The notes under the pieces were generated by a model. The model was not told the origin of the DNA, ran no database searches, and saw only the letters and a program-made list of their open reading frames with translations. Below, in pieces: positions 13,723 to 23,689 of a stretch of DNA of 64,000 nt. Positions within the stretch are counted from its first letter, which is position 1. Each line of letters begins with the position of its first letter. Origin of the DNA: an uncultured Gammaproteobacteria bacterium (GTDB lineage Bacteria > Pseudomonadota > Gammaproteobacteria > UBA9214). The stretch spans positions 160,001 through 224,000 of the forward strand of contig CAVVHS010000008.1 in the NCBI GenBank assembly GCA_963748215.1. Reading direction: 5' to 3'. The translations under genes were made by a program, and so were the position numbers.

Positions 13723-14424
13723 ATGACCAGATTCCTTATGTTGGTGTTATCAGTCCTGTTCACATTCAGCGTGCAGGCCACCGGGTTACCGCCTGCATTC
13801 AAGGCCCATTACCTGGTCAAGAAGGGACCAATTGAACTCGGTCGCGCAACCCATGAACTGAAGTATGCTCCCGGCGGAGAACTGGTATACGAGTCCGGTT
13901 CCGACACGACCGGCCTGGCTGACCTGCTGTTCTCCGATCACATTCGGGAAACCACGCGACTGAAGCATGATGGCGCACGCCTGCTGCCGCTGGAATATCG
14001 CTATAATCGCAGCGGCAAGCGCAAGCGCACGATGTCACAGGAGTTCGACTGGACACTGGGCAAGGTCATCAGTCGTGTCGATGACACGGTTACCGAGTAT
14101 CCCCTGCCCCCCCATACGCTCGATCCGAGCGGTTACCAGGTCAGCCTGATGCTTGACCTTGAGAAGGGAGAACGGAAGTTCACTTACCCGATCTCGGGAA
14201 AGAATGACATACGCAGCTACGATATCGAGCATATCGGTGATGAACGCATCGATACCGTACTGGGAAAACTGAATACCGTTGTTATCCAGCGCAACGACAA
14301 GCGAATCACGACCATGTGGTGCGCCTACGATCTGCATTTTCTGCCTGTAAAAATCCAGCACGAAGAAAATGGCGGTGTCTTTACTGCTTACCTGGAATCG
14401 GTCGAAGGACTGGCCATGCCATGA
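13723..14424 (+). CDS. DUF3108-type exported beta-rich protein
   Basis: Signal peptide; GDERIDTVLGKLNT and WCAYDLHFLPVKI motifs. Confidence 0.8.
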   Translation: MTRFLMLVLSVLFTFSVQATGLPPAFKAHYLVKKGPIELGRATHELKYAPGGELVYESGSDTTGLADLLFSDHIRETTRLKHDGARLLPLEYRYNRSGKRKRTMSQEFDWTLGKVISRVDDTVTEYPLPPHTLDPSGYQVSLMLDLEKGERKFTYPISGKNDIRSYDIEHIGDERIDTVLGKLNTVVIQRNDKRITTMWCAYDLHFLPVKIQHEENGGVFTAYLESVEGLAMP

Positions 14425-14892
14425 CAACAGGCTGGCTCACTCACTGCAACGGCTGCAGGACCGGTACTGTCAAATCACCACATTCTGTGTGCTGTGGCAG
14501 GATCGGTGTGCGGCAATGACGGACGACAAGCCGGAATAATCCAGTGTCCGTTATTCATCGGTCGTCCATTTCTGACCTGCGCGGTCATACACACAGACAG
14601 ACCGGAGCCGAACTGACACAGGCCTGGGCCACAGAGTTATTGCCAGCGCACCTTCATGCAACTTCGACGTGGTAATCCACGGGGAAGACCGGCAATGCGC
14701 ATGGCCGGGGAATGGACTACGCACCATGGCAGCCCCTGCCCTTGAACACAAGCGCGGGATGCCCCTGTAGATCCATGACCTACATCGCCGTGCCTTACCG
14801 CTCCGGATTCGAGCATGATTATGCAGGTGTCTGTCAAAAATCGATTCTTGATGTCACGCTTATATCAAGCGGGATATATATTCCGGTTATTA

Positions 14893-14913
14893 ACTGGAAT
14901 ATTTTATACCTGT
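14893..14913. promoter_or_regulatory. Putative NsrR operator upstream of DsrC-like fusion
   Basis: ACTGGAAT-ATTTT-ATACCTGT imperfect inverted repeat with NsrR-type spacing. Confidence 0.5.
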
Positions 14914-14981
14914 TTTAACATTATCAGGCTGTACCGTGAGGAGTCCAGCACCATTCCGGATTGACTGCGGGAGACAGGATC

Positions 14982-15626
14982 ATGCTGCGTATCCATGTAT
15001 CAATGAAATTCACCAACCAGCCGGTCAAGCGAACACCGGTGATTCTCTATCTCGATACCAACCCTGAACACCCGATCGAGGGTGCTACCGACCGCACTGG
15101 CACAGCGGAATTCGACATACCACCCGCGAGCGGCAAGGTGATGATTAACGGCGCCGCGCGCTACCATGGCCGCCTGGAGGGCGATGTGGATATCAGTCTC
15201 TGGTCACCAACCGACGCGGGCACGGTCGCCGAATCCGGGACACCCGGTGGCGATGCAGGCGGCAGCATCGCCTACCCCGGCATGCAGACCCGCACGCTCA
15301 GTATCGATGGAACCGAAGTACAGACCGACAGCGAGGGTTACCTGGTCAATCTCGATGACTGGTCGGAAGCCTTTGTGCGCGCAGAGGCCGAACACGAAGG
15401 CCTTGCGCTTACGGATGAAGTCTGGGAGGTGATCCGTTTCCTGCGGGATTTTTACGAGCAACACCGGGTCCAGGCCAATGTGCGTGAGATCATCAAGCAT
15501 TTCCGCAAGGTGTGGGGACCTGAGCTGGGCAGCAATCACCATCTGCATGCCATCTTTCCGCGAGGCGGCCCGCAGAAACAGGGCAACCGGCTGGCGGGAC
15601 TGCTGCGCACCAAGGGTGAACACTAG
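14982..15626 (+). CDS. TusE/DsrC-family protein lacking C-terminal Cys, with an extra N-terminal beta domain
   Basis: TDSEGYLVNLDDWSE...LTDEVWEVIRFLRDFY...FPRGGPQKQGNRLAGLLRTKGEH; ~100-aa N-terminal extension. Confidence 0.88.
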   Translation: MLRIHVSMKFTNQPVKRTPVILYLDTNPEHPIEGATDRTGTAEFDIPPASGKVMINGAARYHGRLEGDVDISLWSPTDAGTVAESGTPGGDAGGSIAYPGMQTRTLSIDGTEVQTDSEGYLVNLDDWSEAFVRAEAEHEGLALTDEVWEVIRFLRDFYEQHRVQANVREIIKHFRKVWGPELGSNHHLHAIFPRGGPQKQGNRLAGLLRTKGEH

Positions 15627-15786
15627 GAGCCTGTCGGATTTGGCACTGATCTACTGCGCCGGCGGGACAGCGGCCCATTTTCCGATCCTCCTCGTCAAAT
15701 AGCTACGGCTATTCTCCTCGAACGATCGAAAAAATGACCTCGTTCTCCCACCCGGCTCGCTACGATCGCCCAAGTCCGACAGGCTC
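15627..15786. mobile_element. MITE (160 bp) with 17-bp terminal inverted repeats and CTAG flanks
   Basis: GAGCCTGTCGGATTTGG ... CCAAGTCCGACAGGCTC (16/17 match); CTAG at 15623-26 and 15787-90. Confidence 0.85.
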
Positions 15787-15827
15787 CTAGCCCGCATGCG
15801 GCATCACGGGCGTCTTCAGGTTCGGGA

Positions 15828-16262
15828 CTATGCGATGTGCAATAACCGCACCATGGCCGAGCGGTTTGCAAGCAGGTCAGCCAGCGTGTAGGTATCGAGC
15901 ACGGCATAAAATGCCTGTACTGCCTTATGAAAGGCACCGCGCAGCTTGCACGCGCTTTCGATACGGCAGTCCGAAGCATCGGTTGAAAAGCATTCCACCA
16001 GCACGCTGCCCGCCTCTGACTTGCGGACTATCTCACCAATGCGGATACGGTCCGGAGCGATTTTGAGTTGTACCCCGCCCCCTTTGCCACGCGTCGTTGT
16101 CACATAACCCTGCGACGACAGAAACAGTATGATTTTCATCAGGTGATTTTTGGAAATGCCATAGGCTTCCGCAATTTCCCCCACGGACGCGCGCTGGTCG
16201 CGGTGCGTGCCAAGGTAGATCAATATGCGTAGCGAATAATCTGTAAATGTCGTCAGTCGCAT
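15828..16262 (-). CDS. nsrR: Rrf2-family NO-sensing repressor NsrR
   Basis: MRLTTFTDYSLR, ISKNHLMK, RGKGGG, three Fe-S Cys (ECF..C..C); divergent from nnrS. Confidence 0.88.
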   Translation of the reverse strand: MRLTTFTDYSLRILIYLGTHRDQRASVGEIAEAYGISKNHLMKIILFLSSQGYVTTTRGKGGGVQLKIAPDRIRIGEIVRKSEAGSVLVECFSTDASDCRIESACKLRGAFHKAVQAFYAVLDTYTLADLLANRSAMVRLLHIA

Positions 16263-16372
16263 GTAGGAGTACCAGTATTCACCCTGCCTGCAGGACCGGC
16301 TCGAGTCACAACATCTTCAACCACCGGTGGTTTGCCAGCGATACACATGGATTTAAACCGGCGGACAATAAT

Positions 16373-16393
16373 TGTAGTATATTATATACCTTT
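16373..16393. promoter_or_regulatory. Putative NsrR operator between nsrR and nnrS
   Basis: TGTAGTAT-ATTAT-ATACCTTT; same right half-site (ATACCT) and spacing as 14893-14913. Confidence 0.5.
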
Positions 16394-16510
16394 TCAAGGT
16401 TCTGTGTCTGAATTCCAGCGAACCCGGTCGTTACGAACAGACGGACGCAGCCTGTTGCCTTGCATCCGACCATGAAGATAGAAAACAACCCGAACCTGCA
16501 TTGAACCACT

Positions 16511-17716
16511 ATGATGACGCCAGTAACGAATATTGATGACCCGGAATCCAGACCCGTTCCCCGGTTCGCACTTTTCGAACTCGGTTTCAGGGCATTTTTT
16601 CTGTTCGCGGGCATTACCGCATTGCTGCTGGTGCCAATCTGGGTTTACGCCTATGTACGGGGCTATCTGGAGTTCGGCTATTACAGTGCCCTGACCTGGC
16701 ACAGTCATGAAATGATTTTCGGGTACGCAGCAGCGGTGATAGCAGGATTTCTACTGACCGCAGTGCGTAACTGGACCAACATCCAGACGCCCCGCGGAGT
16801 CGCGCTGGCAAGCCTGGTTGCGCTATGGCTGGCAGGCCGGGTGGTACCGTTCTTTTCCGGGGTGATGCCGCACTGGAGTATTGCTGTTGTGGACATGGCA
16901 TTTCTCCCTGTGCTTGCTGTCACCCTCTCGGTTCCGCTGCTGCGCAGCCGGCAGAAACACAATCTGGTATTTCTGTTCGTCCTCGCCGCCCTGACAGTGG
17001 CCAACATCATGGTGCATTTGCAGATCCTCGGGATTACCGAGGCAACAGCAAAACACGGCATCTATTTCGCCGTTTACCTGATCGTGCTCCTGATCGCGAT
17101 TCTCGGCGGACGGGTCATACCGTTCTTCACAGAGAAGGGCATTGTCGGCGCCAGAATCAGGCGATGGGCAACCGTCGAGTATGTTTCATTGGGCAGCCTG
17201 GGTGTATTGACAGTGCTGGATCTGGTGGACGCAGCGCCGCCAGCAGTTATCGTCTTTGCAATACTCACCGCGCTTGGACACGGGATACGGCTGTTTGGCT
17301 GGTACCAGCGGACGGTCTGGTCAGTCCCGTTACTCTGGGTGTTGCACCTGGGCTACGCCTGGCTGGTGGCGGGTTTCATACTGAAGGCGTTGTCTGCGGC
17401 CGAACTGATCAATCCCATGCTGGCTATCCATGCATTCACAGCAGGTGGCATTGGCACAATAACGCTCGGCATGATGGCGCGAGTAGCGCTAGGCCACACG
17501 GGGCGTGTATTACGCGCAGGACCGGCCATGACCTGGTCCTTTGTGCTTGCCAACCTTGCGGGTGTTTCACGGGTATTTTTATCGTTACTATCCCCTGGCA
17601 GATACAGCGAATGGATTGTATTGGCCGGCGTCTTGTGGAGTGTGGCGTTCGCGATATTCGTGATTACCTATTCCGGTATCCTGATTCAGCCTCGCCTAGA
17701 CGGGCGGCCGGGTTGA
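16511..17716 (+). CDS. nnrS: NnrS family NO-response membrane protein
   Basis: LGFRAFF, WHSHEMIFG, GGRVIPFFT, LHLGY, MMARVALGHTGR, PRLDGRPG. Confidence 0.95.
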   Translation: MMTPVTNIDDPESRPVPRFALFELGFRAFFLFAGITALLLVPIWVYAYVRGYLEFGYYSALTWHSHEMIFGYAAAVIAGFLLTAVRNWTNIQTPRGVALASLVALWLAGRVVPFFSGVMPHWSIAVVDMAFLPVLAVTLSVPLLRSRQKHNLVFLFVLAALTVANIMVHLQILGITEATAKHGIYFAVYLIVLLIAILGGRVIPFFTEKGIVGARIRRWATVEYVSLGSLGVLTVLDLVDAAPPAVIVFAILTALGHGIRLFGWYQRTVWSVPLLWVLHLGYAWLVAGFILKALSAAELINPMLAIHAFTAGGIGTITLGMMARVALGHTGRVLRAGPAMTWSFVLANLAGVSRVFLSLLSPGRYSEWIVLAGVLWSVAFAIFVITYSGILIQPRLDGRPG

Positions 17717-17834
17717 GGTTCCATCGGTTCGTCATCCTTGAGCTGAAACCCCTTGCATGACGTTCCACACCTGATAGCTTCAGACGAATATTTTCAGCAT
17801 TTTTCTGGCGGGATACCGTCATTGTTCAAGCCGG

Positions 17835-18032
17835 GTGCGCGATGCCGCGGTCGAAACACTGGAGGGTTTCCTGGAGTCACCCTCTCCATTTATCTATCGC
17901 GCCACCTTGCAGCCGGGTCAGGGACTGATCAGCAACAACGTCCTGCATGACCGATCCGGGTTTGACGACGATAAAGGGCACACCCGGCAGCTTTACCGGC
18001 TGCGCTATTACCAGCGCATGACTGCTACCTAG
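17835..18032 (+). pseudogene. C-terminal remnant of a TauD/TfdA-like protein
   Basis: LQPGQGLISNNVLHDRSGF...RQLYRLRY; no upstream coding part. Confidence 0.65.
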
Positions 18033-18131
18033 AAACCAAACGGGGTCAGCGCTCTTCTTCGTACAGATCAGGCTGAAATCCGGTTCGAGGATAGGAATAT
18101 GGCTACTGGACTCTTACCCAACCGGCTGCTG

Positions 18132-18599
18132 TCAGATATCCCATTGCCGCTTTATCTTCGAAGTATCGAACTCAGCCAGTTTGCGTAACAGCTCATCGCG
18201 GCTGGTTTTCAGGATATGACTGGCCATGGGCAGGAAGATATCCTCCTCTTTCTCATGATGCTTGATCATCTGGTAGTCGAGATGCGCCAGGCACTCGAGT
18301 ACGTGGTCCGAGTCCCGGGTCCTGATGACCCGCGCCGTGTCCCGGATCAGGCGGATGATATCGGTATGCTCCTCCCGCAGCGCCATGGTCGGACCCTGTG
18401 GTGCCTGGGGTGATGATTCATAGGCGGGATACAGCACCTCTTCCTCCAGGGCCATATGCCGCTTCAGGTGCGTAACGAGTTCATGGATTATCTGATCAAC
18501 GGCCCTCCAGTCCTCTGTTTCCACGGCATCCCGGCATCGGGACAGCAGGTTTTCATACAGGGAGTGTTCATGTACCAGCCAGTTGTCCGTGCGGTTCAT
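18132..18599 (-). CDS. Hemerythrin (HHE) domain protein
   Basis: H..HMALEEEVLYP..EH..HHEKEEDIFLP. Confidence 0.9.
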   Translation of the reverse strand: MNRTDNWLVHEHSLYENLLSRCRDAVETEDWRAVDQIIHELVTHLKRHMALEEEVLYPAYESSPQAPQGPTMALREEHTDIIRLIRDTARVIRTRDSDHVLECLAHLDYQMIKHHEKEEDIFLPMASHILKTSRDELLRKLAEFDTSKIKRQWDI

Positions 18600-18626
18600 G
18601 GGCGGATAATCCTTATTACAGTCGTT

Positions 18627-19112
18627 CTAACCGAGTGTGCGTTCGTAGAGTGGCAAGGCCTGCCGTGCGAGCCGGCTTACCTGCCTGGGCAACCAGAGTG
18701 AATCCACGTCCAGGCCGTCCAGAAAATTCTTCACCTCCAGACCCAGTTCCGTGTCACCTTCCATGCGCAGCCGGCGCTGGAAAAACAGGGTATCGGCGTC
18801 CTCGCGCCGCGCGGTCAGCAGCAGGAACGCGTGCAGGGTGCCGGTAATGGACAGGTCGACCATGGCTTTCACCCGGCTGGCTGCCAGCGCCCCCTGCTGC
18901 AGGGTAATACAAAAGCTCAGTTGCATGTCGCGAACATGAATCCGTACGGTGCGCCCCTGGAGGAAGTCCAGTTCGCCGTTCCGCAAGGCACGGGCAAGAA
19001 TGCGGTTGAGGACGGTCACGACCGCCATGCCGTGCACCCCGCGTGGGATAATGGCAAGCGGCACTGACAACAGATGGGGGAACAGCGGTGCCCTGGTTTG
19101 TGAATCAGTCAT
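18627..19112 (-). CDS. ubiT: SCP2 lipid-binding protein, UbiT-like
   Basis: GELDFLQGR, EDADTLFFQRRLRMEGDTELGLEVKNFLD. Confidence 0.78.
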   Translation of the reverse strand: MTDSQTRAPLFPHLLSVPLAIIPRGVHGMAVVTVLNRILARALRNGELDFLQGRTVRIHVRDMQLSFCITLQQGALAASRVKAMVDLSITGTLHAFLLLTARREDADTLFFQRRLRMEGDTELGLEVKNFLDGLDVDSLWLPRQVSRLARQALPLYERTLG

Positions 19113-19195
19113 AGGTAGTCTCCTGCGTGCAGTCCCGGATCGACCGGGAGACCAGCGGATTCGCGTATTGTCCGTCATGTTCACGCAGCGCAGCC

Positions 19196-19209
19196 TTGAT
19201 TGTGATCAA
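19196..19209. promoter_or_regulatory. FNR/DNR/ANR box
   Basis: Perfect TTGAT-TGTG-ATCAA ~85 bp upstream of the ubiT-like start. Confidence 0.85.
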
Positions 19210-19520
19210 GTCCCTCTACGCACATCGCCCGGTTCCTGCCCGGGCAAGCAAGATCCTGACAGTCAGCGCGCCTGGACCAGCCACAGCCGGGATTTGTCGT
19301 GAAAGTGCAGCCACCAGATGTATCAAAGGGATGAGAATTGGTCGGGGCGAGAGGATTCCATCCTCCGCCCTCCGGCACGCCATGCCGCCACAAGGGTGAT
19401 ACTTATTGTTATTACTGTTAATTTCCGGGGTGGGCGTTACACCGGCCGCAGGAATTCCTGACCATACCGGATTCGAAAGCGGGGTAACCTTACCTGTCCG
19501 GTTTCGCTCGCCCCGCTCCG

Positions 19521-19619
19521 TCCCATGGCAACCGCCAGGATCATCAGTACGATGTAAACCTGCATGATCAGTGGGGGTAGAAATACCGACAGATCGGCAA
19601 ACGGATTGCTGGTAATCAT
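19521..19619 (-). pseudogene. aprM: N-terminal remnant resembling AprM (APS reductase membrane anchor)
   Basis: MITSNPFADLSVFLPPLIMQVYIVLMILAVAMG matches the AprM N-terminus as I recall it, then similarity stops; GGAGG RBS present. Confidence 0.6.
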
Positions 19620-19913
19620 TTCAATTACCCTCCATCCTGGCCAGCTCTTTATGAACCAGGCTAACGACGGTATGGCCGCTTCGAGCGCCAGCCACCAACC
19701 GGGATATCCGTATGAGACAAGTCGATCAACGGACATGCATCAGCACTGTATCCCCGCCACCCTGTTCACGCTTCAGGTCGATGTTTAGGTAGCGGGTCTC
19801 GACTTCTCAAACGCGCTGCCACAGGAAGCTGTGGCGACCCCAGGCAACGCGACTTCAATCGATAATAACACCTCCTATTCTGCAGAAAATCATGCAGTGT
19901 ATAAAAAATATGG

Positions 19914-20207
19914 ATCTTCCCCTGATTGAGTGGGTAACACATCAATTCAGACGAGACGCATTGCCTCTAATGGTAATAGGCCGAATTCATTCGGCCATTC
20001 ATGTTCCAGCAGGCGTGCTGCGGTGATATCCGTAAACAAAGGATGACGACCGCGGGTAACGGTGGTGATGCAATAGACGTGATGGTGCAGGGAATGACGC
20101 CCCCTGCGCAATGCGTCACAGGACAGGGCGACCTCCTTGTTTCCTATGGCAACAGGCTGTTGGCCGAATGAATTCGGCCCTGCAACGGTAATCTACCCGC
20201 TCGATTT
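19914..20207 (-). mobile_element. Internally deleted RAYT (REP-associated tyrosine transposase) relic with REPs, copy 1
   Basis: Minus-strand CDALRRGRHSLHHHVYCITTVTRGRHPLF; REP palindromes GGCCGAATTCATTCGGCC at ~19979 and ~20162. Confidence 0.7.
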
Positions 20208-20363
20208 GGGTAAGAGTCAAAAATATTTGACGCCCTTTTCCCCCGCGTCTACGTACAGCTTGCAGCCACCGCCGAAAGCCACTCTGGCGCGTCCGGGAGC
20301 ATAATCGGCCATGTTTACCTGCGCCGGGCCTTTGGTGAAACCGCCTGTCTTTCCCTCGTGCAC

Positions 20364-21116
20364 TCAGCCCTGGTCGCCGCGCGCGCATGGTGCACGATAC
20401 GGCTCGGGAACATTCTCCGGGCATTCGCCACAGCGTTCATTGCCGGGCACGGCAAAGTCGATTTTGCGCGGATAAGGCAAGTCCATGTTTTCCATGATCC
20501 TGACAAATTCCTGCAGCGTCTTACCCTTGCCCAGGCGTGGATTGCGCGCCTTTTCCTGTCCAATCGTAGTAATGAAGCGACCCTCGTAATCGTGGCAGGG
20601 ATATACCAGCGTCTCGTCCGGCAGGGTAAAGAATTTCTCGTGAATACTGCGGTAAAGGGTTGCCGCATCGCCGGACTGAAAATCCGTGCGGCCGCAGGCA
20701 TCAATCAGCAGGGCGTCACCGCTGAACAGCAGCTTGTGCGTGCCGTTGTCGACAAGATAGGCATGATGGTGGCTGGTGTGGCCTGGCGTGAACAGCGGGT
20801 GCAGCACGATATTGCCTATACGGAATGGCTCACCCTCCCTGACGCCGATATCGGCACAGGGCAGTTCGTCAATGGCCGGAAAGACCATGCGGCTGCCGGT
20901 CAGTTCGCGCAGACGTCGCGCGCCTGTGAGGTGATCGGCATGAACATGCGTGTCGATCGTGTAGTCGAGCTTCAGACCCATCGCCTGCAGGATGGACACA
21001 TCGCGCTGCGCGGTATCCAGCACCGGGTCGATCAGTGCCGTTTTGCCGCTGTCCGGACAACTGACCAGATAGGTAAAGGTGCTCGAGTCGGGCTCGAATA
21101 ACTGCCTGAAGATCAT
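20364..21116 (-). CDS. ETHE1-type persulfide dioxygenase (MBL fold)
   Basis: FRQLFEPDSSTFTYL, THVHADH, TPGHT, CGRTDFQ, HDY, PGNERCG. Confidence 0.9.
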   Translation of the reverse strand: MIFRQLFEPDSSTFTYLVSCPDSGKTALIDPVLDTAQRDVSILQAMGLKLDYTIDTHVHADHLTGARRLRELTGSRMVFPAIDELPCADIGVREGEPFRIGNIVLHPLFTPGHTSHHHAYLVDNGTHKLLFSGDALLIDACGRTDFQSGDAATLYRSIHEKFFTLPDETLVYPCHDYEGRFITTIGQEKARNPRLGKGKTLQEFVRIMENMDLPYPRKIDFAVPGNERCGECPENVPEPYRAPCARGDQG

Positions 21117-21416
21117 ATGTCCTCCTGCGTGTGGCGATTTCGTCATTGTCGCCTGTAAACGATTGCCTGGACAGTCCTGCTCCCGAAGAAACCGCCCCTG
21201 GCCTGTCTACCCGCCAGGTCCTGCTGACATCCGCCTGAATCCATTAACCGCGGTCTCACTCCGCTTCAGCAGCTGGAATACTGGAAGCCTGTTACGCACA
21301 TCGCTCCGTGCCGGATACCACCCGTGGACAGGCGTGAAAGGCGCCGATCGGTCCGGACATACCAGGCATACGCGGTTTAATCGCATGCCGGGCCATGCCA
21401 GGCTTCGACCCGTCGC

Positions 21417-23051
21417 TTATCCATACACCCTGCGGCCCAGATGCTGTGCAAGGCGGCACATCACAGGTGAGGCGTCGTCGGCCTGCAAATGCACGTTGAT
21501 CACGCTCGGCCGGCCGGTCGTGGCCAGGGACCTGTGCAGGGCGTCCCCGAACTCATCCTCGGTTTTCGCACAGTAGCCGCTGGTGGGCCCGATCAGTTCG
21601 CCGATACGCTCATACTGCCACTCGGCGATATTGTTGAACGGGCCATCCAGGATGAAACGCTCCGTGCTGTAGCCATGATTGTTGAATACGATCACCACCG
21701 GGTCCAGGCCGAGGCGCGCGAACGTCGACAGTTCGGTGCCGGTCATCTGAAAGGCCCCGTCGCCCACCAGGATGAGCGGCCGCAACCCGGGCAGGGCGAT
21801 CTGCGCGCCCAGCGCCGCAGGGACAGCGAATCCCATTGAGGTATAAAAGGCCGATGCCAGGAAATGCGTGCGCTCGTGAACGCGCAGATCCAGCGCGGCA
21901 AACAGGCAATCCCCCACATCGCAGACCACGCTCATGTCCGGCGTCAACGCCGCGTTGAGGCTTGCGATCAGGCGCGCGATGGTCATGGGCTTGCCGGGCA
22001 CGGCCGCAGGCAGCTTCGGCTCGGGCACATGCTGTGGCCAGGCGCAGGCATGCGGGGTGACGACATCACATAGAGCGGCAAGAAAATCACGCAGATGGAC
22101 ATCGGTATAGCGATGATGGCCGATGGTCACCTGGTCCTGGCTGGCATGGATCAGTCGCGCCGGATCCAGTTGCGCGGTGAATATGCCGGTGTCGACGTCG
22201 TTGACCGTCGCACCCAGCATCAGGAGCAGGTCGGCACCCTCGACACGCGCGCGGACAGCTTCCGGTCCCATGGCGCCCTCGTAGACACCCAGATAGGCCG
22301 CGTGGCGTTCGCCGACTACGGATTTTCCGGTCAGGGTGGCAGCCACCGGGATACAGGCGTTCAGTACCAGCCGGGTCAGACTGTCCTGCAGTCCGCGGCG
22401 ATGGATCTCGACACCGGCCAGTATCATCGGCGTGCCTGCACGGTCGAGCCGCTGAAATGTCTCGTCAACGGCCTCGGCCAGTGCGCCGGGATCGCTGTTA
22501 TCAACTCCGGTCTCTGCGGCCGGGATCGGAAAACCTTCCACGTTAATCTGATCCCGGGGCAGTTCCAGGTATATCGGCTTGCTGTACCGGCGTGCTGCCT
22601 GCAGGCAGCGGTCGATATCACGGCAGGCGGTCAGCGGGTCATCGAGACTGGCGCTTGCACAGGTGATGCGCTCGAAGATCTCGCGCTGGAAGCGGAACGG
22701 GCCAAAGCGGTGATGTATCAGCGGGTCCTTCCGCTGCTCGTCGATTCCCGGCGCACCACTGATGACCACCACGGGCGAGGACTCCGCGTGCGCCCCGGCT
22801 ATCGCGTTGACCACGTTCAGGGCGCCGACGCCATAGGTCACTGCCAGCGCACCAATGCCGCGGCAGCGGGCGTAACCATCGGCCGCAAAGGCGGCGGTAT
22901 CCTCGCGGGTGGTGCCGATATGCCGGATCGGGCTGTGCAACAGTTTCCGGTAGAACCCCAGCACATAATCACCGGGCACGCCGAAGACATGGTCAACACC
23001 GGATGCCTGCAATTGACCCAACAGGTAATCAGCTATTGCGGGTGCTTTCAT
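21417..23051 (-). CDS. ThDP-dependent alpha-keto acid decarboxylase (indolepyruvate/pyruvate decarboxylase family)
   Basis: FGVPGDY, AADGYAR, IHH, GDGAFQMT...FNNHGY. Confidence 0.92.
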   Translation of the reverse strand: MKAPAIADYLLGQLQASGVDHVFGVPGDYVLGFYRKLLHSPIRHIGTTREDTAAFAADGYARCRGIGALAVTYGVGALNVVNAIAGAHAESSPVVVISGAPGIDEQRKDPLIHHRFGPFRFQREIFERITCASASLDDPLTACRDIDRCLQAARRYSKPIYLELPRDQINVEGFPIPAAETGVDNSDPGALAEAVDETFQRLDRAGTPMILAGVEIHRRGLQDSLTRLVLNACIPVAATLTGKSVVGERHAAYLGVYEGAMGPEAVRARVEGADLLLMLGATVNDVDTGIFTAQLDPARLIHASQDQVTIGHHRYTDVHLRDFLAALCDVVTPHACAWPQHVPEPKLPAAVPGKPMTIARLIASLNAALTPDMSVVCDVGDCLFAALDLRVHERTHFLASAFYTSMGFAVPAALGAQIALPGLRPLILVGDGAFQMTGTELSTFARLGLDPVVIVFNNHGYSTERFILDGPFNNIAEWQYERIGELIGPTSGYCAKTEDEFGDALHRSLATTGRPSVINVHLQADDASPVMCRLAQHLGRRVYG

Positions 23052-23125
23052 GAAATCCTCTTCTTGCAGCCGGTGTGTTTGACCTGCTCACAGGGACAAG
23101 GTTTTCGCAGCGCCATTTTTCACAT

Positions 23126-23689
23126 TCAGTCCAGCAGGCGACGACTCGCTCCTGACAAAGGATAGCGCTCCCTTTCGATTCGGTAATACGCCCGCAACAA
23201 ATCCTCCTCCAGCCCCGTCTGACGCCGGATTTCGTGCAGCGGCAAGTCGAGGTACGGACCGAAGTCGACCCGGTTCAGCGCCTGGCAACCGGAGATGCCA
23301 CCCAACCGCACGGCATCTCTGAAGATACACACCGCCGTATCGTCAAATGTATAAGGCGCCGGGTACACACGCCGCGCCAGCGTGCCGAACAGCCATTCCT
23401 CGAAGCAATGCACGCGCTTGGTGCTGCCCATGGTAAAGCCGATGGTAAAGGCCTCGTCCGCCGTGAGCAGGCCGCGTCCGAGCAGGATGTGGATGCGGTC
23501 ATGCGCCGCGAGGTCCACCGCGCCGTGAAACAGCGTCATACCGGGTAATCGGTACTTGGGGTTCTCCAGCAGACGCACGATCAGCGGAATCGCCCGCTGG
23601 CGGGTGCCAACGGCGGCCAGGCTGTCCAGACTGTGGCGCAGGGTCAAGTCACTGCGCGACAGGGGTATATGCCACTCCGACCAGTTCAT
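23126..23689 (-). CDS. Hypothetical protein with Coq4-like HDxxH-x11-E metal-binding motif
   Basis: HDRIHILLGRGLLTADE; start overlaps the putA stop (ATGA). Confidence 0.65.
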   Translation of the reverse strand: MNWSEWHIPLSRSDLTLRHSLDSLAAVGTRQRAIPLIVRLLENPKYRLPGMTLFHGAVDLAAHDRIHILLGRGLLTADEAFTIGFTMGSTKRVHCFEEWLFGTLARRVYPAPYTFDDTAVCIFRDAVRLGGISGCQALNRVDFGPYLDLPLHEIRRQTGLEEDLLRAYYRIERERYPLSGASRRLLD

